Assembly: GCA_947482665.1 (NCBI GenBank)
Contig: CANKJK010000009.1
Span: 1,603-65,602, forward strand
Length of the DNA: 64,000 nucleotides
Source of the DNA: Acidobacteriota bacterium
GTDB taxonomy: Bacteria; Acidobacteriota; Vicinamibacteria; Vicinamibacterales; UBA2999
Reading direction: 5' to 3'
Positions 45,615-55,342 of this stretch are shown one piece after another. A program made the translations under genes and the position numbers. Position 1 is the first letter of the stretch; each line of letters starts with the position of its first letter. Under the pieces are notes generated by a model that ran no database searches, was not told where the DNA came from, and saw nothing but the letters and a program-made list of their open reading frames with translations.

Positions 45615-46652
45615 ATGGCCGATCACGAACCGCGCCCCGACTCTCTCATCGGGCGCCTTGACGGACGCGCCCCGCGCAAGGACCCGGGTCGCACCTGGGT
45701 CAAGGGCGGCCGCAAGAACGGGTGGTATCTGCCGCCGACGAATCTCTACCCCTCCGACCAGAAGGATTACGTCGCCGATCTCAGCCGGTCGGCCCGTCAG
45801 TTCATCCTGCCTGGCCACACGCCTGCCGCCCCGATGCTCGACGAAACGAAGTCCGTTGTCACCATCGGTTCGTGCTTCGCGCGCGAACTCCGTCACTACC
45901 TCAGTTCGGCTGGCGTCGATGCCTCTCGGTTTCTGGTACCCCCGGGACTCAACAACACTTTCGCGATCCTGGACTTCTTTTCCTGGTGCGCGACTGGCGA
46001 ACAAACAGGTGCAGGCTTCCGCTACGAGCGCGTGGCTGACGGTGAAATCAAGGAATGGACGCCTGAGCACAAGCGCAAGTCCTACGCGGAGGCCTTCGCG
46101 AAGACAGGCGTCTTCGTCTTCACCATCGGCCTGGCCGAAGTGTGGCAGGACCGCGAAACGGGCGGCGTGTTCTGGCGCGGCATCCCGGACGAAATCTTCG
46201 ACGAAGGCCGCCACGTCTTCCGGCTGACGACCGTCGCTGAGAATACGCACAACCTCCGGACGCTGATCGAGATGGTCCGCGCCATGAACCCGGATGCGCC
46301 TATCGTGCTGACGCTGTCACCGGTGCCGCTGGCCGCGACCTTCCGTGACATCTCCTGCGTGACGGCGGACTGCGTCTCCAAGTCGGTGCTTCGCGTGGCG
46401 CTCGACGAAGTCATGACCGACAAGCGGCCCGGCGTCTACTACTGGCCGTCGTTTGAGATCGTGAAGTGGCTCGGCGCCAACCTCCCACGGCCATCCTACG
46501 GTTGGAAGAACAAGGCGCGCGGCGTCTCGCGCGAAATCGTCGGCCTGATCATGGACGAGTTCGTGGAAGCGTTCTACACGCCAGCGGCACGGACGCTCAT
46601 CCGCGGCCGCGCCTCCAGCGCGCCCGGGGATGACGACGAGGGCGAAGACTGA
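45615..46652 (+). CDS. GSCFA-domain protein
   Basis: ATG 45615 is preceded by GGAGGA. Contains the eponymous motif in VVTIGSCFARELRHYL and an SGNH-like layout (TIGLAEVW, LTLSPVPL). Function unknown. Confidence 0.7.
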   Translation: MADHEPRPDSLIGRLDGRAPRKDPGRTWVKGGRKNGWYLPPTNLYPSDQKDYVADLSRSARQFILPGHTPAAPMLDETKSVVTIGSCFARELRHYLSSAGVDASRFLVPPGLNNTFAILDFFSWCATGEQTGAGFRYERVADGEIKEWTPEHKRKSYAEAFAKTGVFVFTIGLAEVWQDRETGGVFWRGIPDEIFDEGRHVFRLTTVAENTHNLRTLIEMVRAMNPDAPIVLTLSPVPLAATFRDISCVTADCVSKSVLRVALDEVMTDKRPGVYYWPSFEIVKWLGANLPRPSYGWKNKARGVSREIVGLIMDEFVEAFYTPAARTLIRGRASSAPGDDDEGED

Positions 46653-46700
46653 GCACCGACGCCCGAGAGTGTGGGCGCCGGCGCTCGGAAGGTGGGTTCG

Positions 46701-48326
46701 CTACTGAGCCTTGCCGGCTGCCGTGGCGCCAGGCGCCTCACCGATCATCTCGCGCAGCAGGGTCAGCGACTTCGGGTGTTCGTTCTCGAGCGAGAGGCCG
46801 CGCTTCTTCATCTCCTTGTAGAGATAGGCCGCCACGTCGAAGTTCCGCTCGGAGCCAAGGAAGAGCGGCTCGCCGTCCTTGCCATAGCCCAACGCGATCG
46901 TCAGAGGCGTCCAGAACAGGCCCTTCGTCCCGTACGCCTGCCCGACGAAGTTCTCGCGCTTGATCGTCGCGCCGAGGTCGGCGCCGTGTTCCACCAGGAA
47001 CTGGCAGATCGCCACCGACCCCCGACGCGAGGCACCCAGGAGCGCGGTGTGCCCGCGCTTGTCGACGTAGTTCACGTCCTTGTCGACCTCGTAGGCGACC
47101 TTCACGGCCTCAAACGCGTCCTCGAGCGTGCCGGTATCCTCACCGGTGGCGTGCAGCGCCACACCGGCCGCCACCATCAACGGACGCATGCCGTGGTCGT
47201 TGGTCAGCAGCGGGTCGGCACCGCTGGCCAGCAGCAGGCGCATCAACTCGTGATCGACGCCCTTGGCCGCGAGCAGGTACGGCGTCGCGCCGATGCGGTT
47301 CAGGTCCGTCCGGTAGCCGTCCGCCCGCATGCCGTCCTTGGTCATCCGCGCGTTGACGTTGGCACCCTTGGCGATGATCTTCTTCGCCAGGTCCATGCTG
47401 CTCATGGTGCCAGTCTGAGTCGGATGGGGGACGTGCCCGACGGTGAGGGACCGCGACCGCGCCACCTGGTGCAGCACCGTCCAGCCCGCGTCCGCCGCGT
47501 TCACATCCGCGCCGCGGTCGAGCAGCCGGCTGGCCAGTTCCCAGTGACCGTTGATGACGGCCAGGATGGGCATGCTCAGTCCGTCGGGGAGCTTCTCGTT
47601 GACATCGGCACCCTTGTCCAGCAGCAGCGCCACCGCGTCCATGCTGCCGCCGCGGACGGCGAACGCCAGCGGCGTGAACTGGATGTCCGGCGGCAGGTTG
47701 TCCTGCCTCCCACTGCCCCCGGACCGCGTGGTGCGCTTGAAGTCGTACTCCGTCGAGCGCGCCTTGAGGCTGGCACCACCCTCGATGAGCGCACGCATGC
47801 CGTCGGCATTGCCGGCCGCCGCAGCCCACATCAGCGCCGTCTGCCCACGCTGGGGATCGGTGGCATCGACCTTGGCGCCGGCCGCGAGGAGCGCCCGAAT
47901 CGCGTCGGCGCGACCCGCCCGGGCCGCCGACATCAGCGCGGTCTCCCCGTTCACGGACGCATTGGCGTCGGCGCCGGCCTTCAGCAGCCGCTCGATGACC
48001 GCCGCGTTGCCCGTCAGCGCCGCCAGCGACAACGCCGTCACGCCGTAGCGGTTGGCCGTCGTGGCGCGCGCCCCCGCGGCCAGGAGGGCATCCACCGCGT
48101 CGGCATCGCCGCGGTTCGCGGCGTAGTGGAGGGCTGTGGACCCATCAGCCTCGGCCGCGTTCACGTCGGCGCCGGCCTGCCGGGCGAGCGTCCGCACCGC
48201 CTGGACGTCGCCTCGCTTGGCCGCCTGGATCAAAGAGTTCTGCGTCGCGGCGTGGGCCGCCCCTCCAAGCACGAGGAGCAGACCCACCGCGGCCGCCGTC
48301 AGTTGCTGTCGCATCACACGCCTCAC
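46701..48326 (-). CDS. exported ankyrin-repeat protein (module copy 2)
   Basis: Signal peptide MRRVMRQQLTAAAVGLLLVLGGAAHA, then tandem ankyrin repeats (GSTALHYAANRGDADAVDALLAAGA, GQTALMWAAAAGNADGMRALIEGGA ...). The start is 5 nt after the DUF1552 stop (alternative ATG 48314). Confidence 0.9.
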   Translation of the reverse strand: MRRVMRQQLTAAAVGLLLVLGGAAHAATQNSLIQAAKRGDVQAVRTLARQAGADVNAAEADGSTALHYAANRGDADAVDALLAAGARATTANRYGVTALSLAALTGNAAVIERLLKAGADANASVNGETALMSAARAGRADAIRALLAAGAKVDATDPQRGQTALMWAAAAGNADGMRALIEGGASLKARSTEYDFKRTTRSGGSGRQDNLPPDIQFTPLAFAVRGGSMDAVALLLDKGADVNEKLPDGLSMPILAVINGHWELASRLLDRGADVNAADAGWTVLHQVARSRSLTVGHVPHPTQTGTMSSMDLAKKIIAKGANVNARMTKDGMRADGYRTDLNRIGATPYLLAAKGVDHELMRLLLASGADPLLTNDHGMRPLMVAAGVALHATGEDTGTLEDAFEAVKVAYEVDKDVNYVDKRGHTALLGASRRGSVAICQFLVEHGADLGATIKRENFVGQAYGTKGLFWTPLTIALGYGKDGEPLFLGSERNFDVAAYLYKEMKKRGLSLENEHPKSLTLLREMIGEAPGATAAGKAQ

Positions 48327-48331
48327 GTGGT

Positions 48332-49669
48332 CTACAGGCCCGCCAGCACGCCGGTGCTGTCGCCTACACGTTCGATGTTGACGCCGGCCTTCGCGAGGAG
48401 CGTCACGCCCAGGTTCATCACTGGGGTGTCCATCGCGTACTGCATGTGCCGGTTGCCCTTGAGCTGGCCGCTGCCGTTGCCAACGACGACCACCGGCAGG
48501 TTGTGGCAGCTGTGGACGTTACCGTCGCCGATGCCGCTGCCATACATGATCATCGAGTGATCCAGCAGCGACCCGTCGCCATCCGGCGTCTTCGCCATCT
48601 TGCCGACGAACTTCGCCAGGTTGGTCATGTGGTACGTGTTGATCTTCGTCCGCTTCATCGTCTTCTCGGGGTCCGTCCCGTGGTGCGACATGTCGTGGTC
48701 GGCCTCGGGCACGCCGATCCAGGGATAGGACTGCGAGCTCTGCTCCCGGGCCATCTGGAAGGACACGACACGGGTGATGTCCGCCTGGTAGGCCAGCAGC
48801 ATCAGGTCGTACATCAACTCCGCGAAGTCCGCGTGGACCTCGGGGATGCCGACAGGCGCCGTCAGGGTGGCCGGCGTGGCATCAGAGCGCTGCTCCGCCC
48901 GCTGAATCCGCGTCTCCACCTCGCGAACGGCGTCCAGATACTCGCTGATGAGCCGCTTGTCCGACGGCCCCAGCGACTTCTGCAGGCCCGCGATCTCGGC
49001 GGACACCGCGTCGAGCAGGCTCTTGTCCCGCCGCATCTGCCGACGCCGGGCCTCGACGGTCTCACCGTCGCCGAACAGGCGCTCGAAGACCACGCGCGGG
49101 TTCTGCTCCATCGGGAGCGGCACGGTCGGCGTGCGCCACGAGAACGTGTTCACGTAGGCGCAGGAGTAGCCGTTGTCGCAGTTGCCCACGTTGAAGTTCG
49201 ACTCGAGCGCGATCTCCAGCGACCGGAGCGTCGAGTCCTTGCCGAGCACGTCGGCGGCGAACTGGTCGACCGTCTTGCCGGCCTGGACGTCGGCGCCCTC
49301 GGTCCGCTTCGGGCGGACGCCGTTCAGCCACACCGAGCCGCAGCGGGTGTGCGGGCCGGTTGTCAGGCCGCGAGACTCCGCTTCGAGGTTACTGAGACCG
49401 CTCACGACCGTCACGTGCGACTTGAACGGCTCGAGCGGCTTCAGGATCGGCTTGAAGTCGAAATCGGCACCCGTCTTCTCCGGGATCCAGTTCACGAGGG
49501 CCTGACCGTTGGGCACGTAAATGAAGCCCATGCGCGTCCGGGGCGCCGCCGCGGTCTTGGCGAGGGCGGTCGTCGCGGGCACCATCGCGTCGAGCAGCGG
49601 CAGGGCGACCGACGCGCCCACCCCACGAAGGAACGTCCGGCGCGGCAGGCTGAGCTTGGCAATCATCAT
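48332..49669 (-). CDS. DUF1552-family protein with twin-arginine signal (module copy 2)
   Basis: MMIAKLSLPRRTFLRGVGASVALPLLDAM. Blocks YSCAYVNTFSW, NPRVVFERLFG, EYLDAVREVETRIQ, DHDMSHHG, TPDGDGSLLDHSMI and NLPVVVVGN. Confidence 0.85.
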   Translation of the reverse strand: MMIAKLSLPRRTFLRGVGASVALPLLDAMVPATTALAKTAAAPRTRMGFIYVPNGQALVNWIPEKTGADFDFKPILKPLEPFKSHVTVVSGLSNLEAESRGLTTGPHTRCGSVWLNGVRPKRTEGADVQAGKTVDQFAADVLGKDSTLRSLEIALESNFNVGNCDNGYSCAYVNTFSWRTPTVPLPMEQNPRVVFERLFGDGETVEARRRQMRRDKSLLDAVSAEIAGLQKSLGPSDKRLISEYLDAVREVETRIQRAEQRSDATPATLTAPVGIPEVHADFAELMYDLMLLAYQADITRVVSFQMAREQSSQSYPWIGVPEADHDMSHHGTDPEKTMKRTKINTYHMTNLAKFVGKMAKTPDGDGSLLDHSMIMYGSGIGDGNVHSCHNLPVVVVGNGSGQLKGNRHMQYAMDTPVMNLGVTLLAKAGVNIERVGDSTGVLAGL

Positions 49670-49686
49670 GGCTGTTCTCCTTGCCG

Positions 49687-52155
49687 CTACTGCGCGGCCT
49701 CCCCGACACGTCTCATCTGAAATGGTTGGCTGGTGACGATTCCCATCACGACCGACGAGAACCGGTAGTCCGACGTCTTCGCGTCACGGGTGATCTTGCG
49801 GATGGCCGGCTGATCCGAGACCTCCAGACCGCGGCCGAGGCCGTAGGTCAGGAGCTTCTCGGCGAAGTTGGTGACGAAGCGATCCGAGCGCGTCAGCAGC
49901 GCGGCGCGGAAGTCCTTCAATCCCGAAAACTTCGTCCCATCGGGCAGCACGCCCGTGGTGTCCAGCGCCTTGAAGCCGCCATCGTGGTCCCGCCACTTAC
50001 CCGTCGGGTCGAAGTTCTCCAGCGCGAAACCCGCCGGGTCGATCATCGAATGACAGGCCGAGCACACCGGATTCGCGCGGTGCGCCGCCATCTTTTCGCG
50101 CATGGTCGCCGACTTCTTGCTGCCGGCGTCCTCCTCCTGCAACGGCGGCACGTTGGCCGGCGGGGGCGGGGGCGGTGTCGCGAGCACGTTCTCCAGAATC
50201 CACTTGCCCCGGAACACGGGCGAGGTCCGGATGGCGTGGGACGTCAGCGTCAGAACGCTGGCCTGACCCAGCAGGCCCCTGCGGCGATCGTCCGGATACG
50301 TCACCTTGCGGAAATCCGAGCCGCCCACGTTCGGAATGCCGTAGTGGCGGGCGAGCCGATCGTTGATGAACGTGTAGTCGGCGGTGAGCATGTCGAGCAC
50401 GCTCTTGTCCTGACGAACGATGTAGGAGACAAAGAGTTCCGTCTCCTGCCGCAGCGCCCGGCGCAGGCTGGCGTCGAAGTCGGGGAAGAGCGCTTCCGAC
50501 GGACGGAGCTGTTCCACCTGGCGGAGCTTTAGCCACTGACTGAAGAAGTTCTCGACCAGCGCGCTGGACCGCTCGTCGGCCAGCATCCGCAGCACCTGCT
50601 TGCGCAGGACCGCCGGCTGGCGGAGCTGACCCGAGGCCGCCGCCGTCAGCAGCGGCTCGTCCGGCACGCTGCTCCAGAGGAAGAACGACAGGCGCGAGGC
50701 CAGTTCCAGGTCGCTGATGCGGTAGTTCGTGCCGGGCTGGGCCGTCGCCGGGTCGCGCTCGAGGCGGAACAGGAACTTCGTGCTGACGAGCATCCGGCGG
50801 ATCGCCATCTCGATGCCGTCCTCGAACCCGCCCTCGGCCGACCCCTGCGTGTAGAACGTCATCAGCTCGGCCACGTCGGCCTGCGTCGCCGGCCGCCGGT
50901 AGGCGTGCCGGGCGAGGCGCCCGAGAATGCGCTGGGCGCACGCCGTCTCGTCGGCCTTGCCCGCGGGCTTGCAGACGAAAATCCGACGGCGGCTCGGCGT
51001 GTCACCCGTCGAGCCCAGCTCCTTGCCCGCCGGGCCGAAGGGCCCTGCGATCTGCACCTTGTCGACGAACGGCACGGCGATGAACTGCGTATCCGAGTAG
51101 TACCGGAACGGCCGCTCGAACCGCTTGCGGTAGCCGGCGCGCACGTACTCGACGCCGGCACCCTTGACGAACGTCACGCCGACATCGTGCACGCCGGCCT
51201 TCACCGCCACCTTCGCCGTCCAGCGCTCTTCCTTGTTCGCATCGCTCTCGCTGGTCGCCTCGTTCGGGTTGCCGAGGTTGACGGCCTTCGGGGTCAGGGT
51301 GAAGGACCTCAACAGCTCCCCGTCGACGAGGATCTGCAGCACGTGCGTTTCGGAGAAGCCGAGCGCGCCGTTGCACTCGAGGTCGACCTCGGTCGTGCAG
51401 GTCAGCGACGCCTTGATTTCGTATTCGCCATCGCGCGGAAAGTCGTAGCGGACCAGCGTGCCCCCGCGGGTGCCGAACGGCAGGCCGTCGATGCGCTCGT
51501 ACTGCGGCTGATCGACCGGTACGGGGAAGGTCGTGCTGAGCGGAGCGCTCGGGGCGCCACCGACCGCCGCGCGGCTGATGCGCATGGCGGCCGACAGGTA
51601 CCGCTCCATGTTCGACTGATTCAACTTCAGGACGCCCGCCATGTTGTCGAAGCCGTAGCTGGCGTCATCCGCCGGCAGCAACTGCTTCACGTCCAGGTCC
51701 ACGGCCAGGATGTCGCGCACGGCATTGTGGTACTCCGCCCGGTTCAGGCGGTGCAGCGATTCTGTGCGACCCGGGTTTGGATGCGTCGCTGCGGCACGGT
51801 CAATCTCCGTCTCCAGAAAGGTCGCCAGACCCTGATGCACCGCTGGGTCGGGCCGAGGACTCCCGGCCGGCGGCATCATGCCCGCACGCACTTTACGAAT
51901 GACCTTTTCGAAGACTTCAGCTTGTTCCGGCACGGCCGTCAGATTGACCGAGTCGAGCGTCAGGCCACCGGCTTTCGTCCGCGGGTTGTGGCAGGTGACG
52001 CAATACTTGTCAATCACAGCCTTCTGCTCGGCGGCGCTGCCCGATGACGGAACGGAGGGCGCCGGGCGCTGCGCACCAGCCGCAGCCATCGCCGCGCTAC
52101 CGATACCTACGCAGAGCAACGCGCTCACAGTCCACTTCCAGCTGCCGGTCTTCAT
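49687..52155 (-). CDS. dihaem cytochrome c of the DUF1592-type multi-domain family (module copy 2)
   Basis: ATG 52155 has GGAGGG 9 nt upstream. Signal peptide MKTGSWKWTVSALLCVGIGSAAMAAAGA. CVTCH and CSACHSMIDPAGFALENFD. Blocks LHRLNRAEYHNAVRDIL, LPADDASYGFDNMAGVL and LASRLSFFLWSSVPDE. Confidence 0.85.
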   Translation of the reverse strand: MKTGSWKWTVSALLCVGIGSAAMAAAGAQRPAPSVPSSGSAAEQKAVIDKYCVTCHNPRTKAGGLTLDSVNLTAVPEQAEVFEKVIRKVRAGMMPPAGSPRPDPAVHQGLATFLETEIDRAAATHPNPGRTESLHRLNRAEYHNAVRDILAVDLDVKQLLPADDASYGFDNMAGVLKLNQSNMERYLSAAMRISRAAVGGAPSAPLSTTFPVPVDQPQYERIDGLPFGTRGGTLVRYDFPRDGEYEIKASLTCTTEVDLECNGALGFSETHVLQILVDGELLRSFTLTPKAVNLGNPNEATSESDANKEERWTAKVAVKAGVHDVGVTFVKGAGVEYVRAGYRKRFERPFRYYSDTQFIAVPFVDKVQIAGPFGPAGKELGSTGDTPSRRRIFVCKPAGKADETACAQRILGRLARHAYRRPATQADVAELMTFYTQGSAEGGFEDGIEMAIRRMLVSTKFLFRLERDPATAQPGTNYRISDLELASRLSFFLWSSVPDEPLLTAAASGQLRQPAVLRKQVLRMLADERSSALVENFFSQWLKLRQVEQLRPSEALFPDFDASLRRALRQETELFVSYIVRQDKSVLDMLTADYTFINDRLARHYGIPNVGGSDFRKVTYPDDRRRGLLGQASVLTLTSHAIRTSPVFRGKWILENVLATPPPPPPANVPPLQEEDAGSKKSATMREKMAAHRANPVCSACHSMIDPAGFALENFDPTGKWRDHDGGFKALDTTGVLPDGTKFSGLKDFRAALLTRSDRFVTNFAEKLLTYGLGRGLEVSDQPAIRKITRDAKTSDYRFSSVVMGIVTSQPFQMRRVGEAAQ

Positions 52156-52348
52156 GCCGATCGCCCTCCAGCTCCGTACGAGGCACATCCATACACGGCG
52201 CGCCTGAGGAGACTTCTGTACTGTTGCTAGGGTAATCGGAACAGCGGAAGACGCCCATTCCGAACCACCCGTAGTCGGCCATACCGGATTTCACGTAGTC
52301 GCAAATTCCGGGTGTCTGGTTCAATGTTTCGAAGGATATCCGACGTGT

Positions 52349-55342
52349 ATGCTGTCCGGCAGCATGTGCCGACCGCTTGCCCTCCTCAGCGCTGCCTTCG
52401 TCGCGCTGGCGGTGTCGGCACCCGCCGCCGCCCGGGAGAACATCGAGGCCGAGCCGCAGTTCACGCTGGCCTCCTGGACAGGACGCGACGGCCTGCCGTC
52501 TGGCTACGTGGTCTCCCTCGGCCAGGACGCGGAAGGTTTCCTCTGGGTCGGTACCACGGCCGGCGTCTCGCTCTTTGACGGACAGCACTTCACGACCTGG
52601 CCGCGGCAGGGCCCCTTCCCGTCTCCGAATCCGGTCATCTACGCACTGGCGGACGCGCCCGACGGCAGCATGTGGGTCGTTTTTGGCGGTCCGAGCCGAA
52701 TTGCGCGCGACCTGCACGGCGTCATCACTGTGTACTCGACCGAACAGGGCCTGCCTGCCGGCTCGATGCGCGCCGTCCTCGTCGACCACCTGGGCGTGCC
52801 CTGGACAGGGGGCACCGGAGGCGTCGCACGACTCACCGGCGAACGGTGGTCACCACTCCCTCTCACCCCGGGCGAGGAGTCCCAGCCGAGCGTCACGGAA
52901 ATGGTGGAAGACTCGCTCGGCTGGATCTGGGTCTCCGCCACCCAGGGCACGTACCGCATCAGTCCGGACCGCCGCGTGGTCGAGCCCGTGACGACTGGCC
53001 TCCGAGGCCCGCTGAACCTGAAAGCGGCGGGGTCGGCCGTCGTGCTGACTGGCGACGGGCAGATCGTCGTCCTCGACGCAGGAACGGGGCGAGTCCTCTC
53101 CCGCCGGAGCGCCCAGACGCTTGTGACGGGGCCGTTTCCCCTGGCCATCGACCGCCGGGGCCGCCTATGGGCGGGAACCAACGGCGAGGGACTCTTCCTG
53201 GCCAACTCGGTCACGCACCTGGACGCGACACGGCACCTGACCGAACGCGACGGCCTGGCCGGTGACCTGATTCGCGACATTCTCGAGGACCGCAGCGGCA
53301 ACATCTGGATTGGCACGCAGGCCGGACTCACCCGGACCTCCGAAGCCACGATTCTGACGCGGCGCGCGCGCATCGGCGTGTCGGCCGAGAATGTCACCCG
53401 CCTGGCGGCCACCGCCGACGGTGCGGTGTGGGTCCAGTCGCCGGACGGCCTCGTCCGCTTCTCGGCCGGCAACCGCGTGGTCTTCAGCAAGGCCGGGGCG
53501 CTCTCGCTGCGATCGATCGCCGCCCTGCACACGGACCGGGCCGGCACGCTGTGGGTGGCGACGACCACCGGGCAACTACTGCACCACGACGCCGGCGTGT
53601 TCCGCCCGGTCACGTGGCCCGCCGGCACCGCGCCGTCGTCCATCGTCGGCATCGCGTCCGATAGCCGCGGCCACATCTGGCTCGACGACGGCAAGCGTCT
53701 CCTTGTCCACAATGGCCAGCACGTCACCCGTGTACCGGTTCCGGTGGAACTCCGCACTGGTCCTGTCCGCTTCCTGAACGTCGACACCCAGGACCGGCCG
53801 TGGCTGGGTACCGATGGACGCGTGGGGGTCCTCGAGAAGGGCCGGTTCCGCATCTACACCACCGCGGAGGGCGTCCCCCCGGGGCAGGTCTCGGCGTTCT
53901 ACCAGGACCAGAAGGGACGCATCTGGCTTGCGACCGACAGCGGCCTGAGCATCCTGGAAGGGGATCGATTCGTCACCTTCGGGTCGGCCAACGGCCTGCC
54001 GCGCAATCGCGTCTTCTCCGTGATCGAAGAACAGGGCGGGCCCTTCTGGCTGGGTGTCGGCTCGGGGGCGCTGCGCATCGAACCGGCCGAGCTCGATGCC
54101 GCCCTCGCGCACCATGCGCATCGGTTCCGGTATCGCCTCTTCGATGAGTCCGACGGCCTGCACGGCACCCCCGTCCTCCGCGGGCAACCGAATGCGGTCC
54201 GTGCCGCGGACGGGTCGCTCTGGTTCATCACAAGCAACGGGCTGGCGATCATCGATCCCGCCCGCGCCCGCGCCACGCAGCCGCCGCCACGTGCGCGCAT
54301 CGAATCCATGACCGTCAACGGGACGCGGTTGAGAGACCTCTCGGACCCTGAACTTGGGCCGGGCCTGTCGGCGGTGCAGTTCGAGTACGCGGCACTCAAC
54401 CTGACCACGCCCACCAAGCTTCAGTTTCAGCACCAGCTGGCCGGCGTCGACGGCGACTGGGTGGACAACGCCGCCAACCGTCAGGCCTCCTACGCGAATC
54501 TCGCGCCGGGTCACTATCGCTTTCGCGTGCGGGCCAGCAACGGCGACGGCGTGTGGAGCGACGAGGTCGGTGCCGTCACCTTCACCATCCGCCCGGCCTG
54601 GTACCAGACGCGCCTCATGTATCTCGTCCTCGCGCTGGCTGCCGTGGGACTCGCCTGGGCCGCGGTCCGCGCCCGCGACCGGCAGCTCCAGCAGCGCTTC
54701 GCCCTCGTGCTGGCCGAGCGCGCGCGCGTCGGACGGGAAATCCACGACACGCTCCTCCAGAGCCTTGTCGGGCTGGCACTGCAGCTCGACACCCTGTCCG
54801 ACGAAGTCCAGACGGCTCCGCCGACGACGCTGCGAGGCTCCCTCGTGCGCCTGCGACGCCAGGTGGAGCACTACATCGGCGAGGCACAGCAATCCATCTG
54901 GGACCTTCGCAGCCCCTCAACCACCCACGACGACTTCCCGACCAGCCTGCGTGAACGGGGCGAGCGCATCACGAGCGCCGCCGGCGTCGCCCTCGACTTC
55001 AGCCAGGCCGGCACCGTCCGCCCGCTCCCGCCCCCCTTGGAACGCCAGCTGCTCCAGATTGCACAGGAAGCCGTCGTCAACGCCGTGCGGCACGCCGCCC
55101 CACGGCGCGTTCAACTGGGCGTGCGATTTGACCAGGCGTCGCTCCATCTCTCCGTACGCGACGACGGGCATGGATTCGACCTGCACGTGCCGCCTGAATC
55201 GGGGCGGCGTCACTGGGGCCTCTCGATCATGCGCGAGCGCGCGGATCAGGTTGGAGCCCATTTCTCGATCGTCAGCGAACCCGGTCGTGGCACACAGGTT
55301 GAGGTCACGGCCCCACTCCCGGAGACTCCTGTCGCCCTATGA
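52349..55342 (+). CDS. sensor histidine kinase with periplasmic two-component-regulator beta-propeller repeats and Y_Y_Y domain (HisKA_3 + HATPase_c)
   Basis: Signal peptide, then about 650 aa of repeated GLPS..V.S...D..G..W.GT units. Y_Y_Y-like GHYRFRVRASNGDGVWS, then the TM helix LMYLVLALAAVGLAWAAV. H-box ERARVGREIHDTLLQSL. ATPase blocks NAVRHA, RDDGHGF and GLSIMRERA. Confidence 0.9.
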   Translation: MLSGSMCRPLALLSAAFVALAVSAPAAARENIEAEPQFTLASWTGRDGLPSGYVVSLGQDAEGFLWVGTTAGVSLFDGQHFTTWPRQGPFPSPNPVIYALADAPDGSMWVVFGGPSRIARDLHGVITVYSTEQGLPAGSMRAVLVDHLGVPWTGGTGGVARLTGERWSPLPLTPGEESQPSVTEMVEDSLGWIWVSATQGTYRISPDRRVVEPVTTGLRGPLNLKAAGSAVVLTGDGQIVVLDAGTGRVLSRRSAQTLVTGPFPLAIDRRGRLWAGTNGEGLFLANSVTHLDATRHLTERDGLAGDLIRDILEDRSGNIWIGTQAGLTRTSEATILTRRARIGVSAENVTRLAATADGAVWVQSPDGLVRFSAGNRVVFSKAGALSLRSIAALHTDRAGTLWVATTTGQLLHHDAGVFRPVTWPAGTAPSSIVGIASDSRGHIWLDDGKRLLVHNGQHVTRVPVPVELRTGPVRFLNVDTQDRPWLGTDGRVGVLEKGRFRIYTTAEGVPPGQVSAFYQDQKGRIWLATDSGLSILEGDRFVTFGSANGLPRNRVFSVIEEQGGPFWLGVGSGALRIEPAELDAALAHHAHRFRYRLFDESDGLHGTPVLRGQPNAVRAADGSLWFITSNGLAIIDPARARATQPPPRARIESMTVNGTRLRDLSDPELGPGLSAVQFEYAALNLTTPTKLQFQHQLAGVDGDWVDNAANRQASYANLAPGHYRFRVRASNGDGVWSDEVGAVTFTIRPAWYQTRLMYLVLALAAVGLAWAAVRARDRQLQQRFALVLAERARVGREIHDTLLQSLVGLALQLDTLSDEVQTAPPTTLRGSLVRLRRQVEHYIGEAQQSIWDLRSPSTTHDDFPTSLRERGERITSAAGVALDFSQAGTVRPLPPPLERQLLQIAQEAVVNAVRHAAPRRVQLGVRFDQASLHLSVRDDGHGFDLHVPPESGRRHWGLSIMRERADQVGAHFSIVSEPGRGTQVEVTAPLPETPVAL

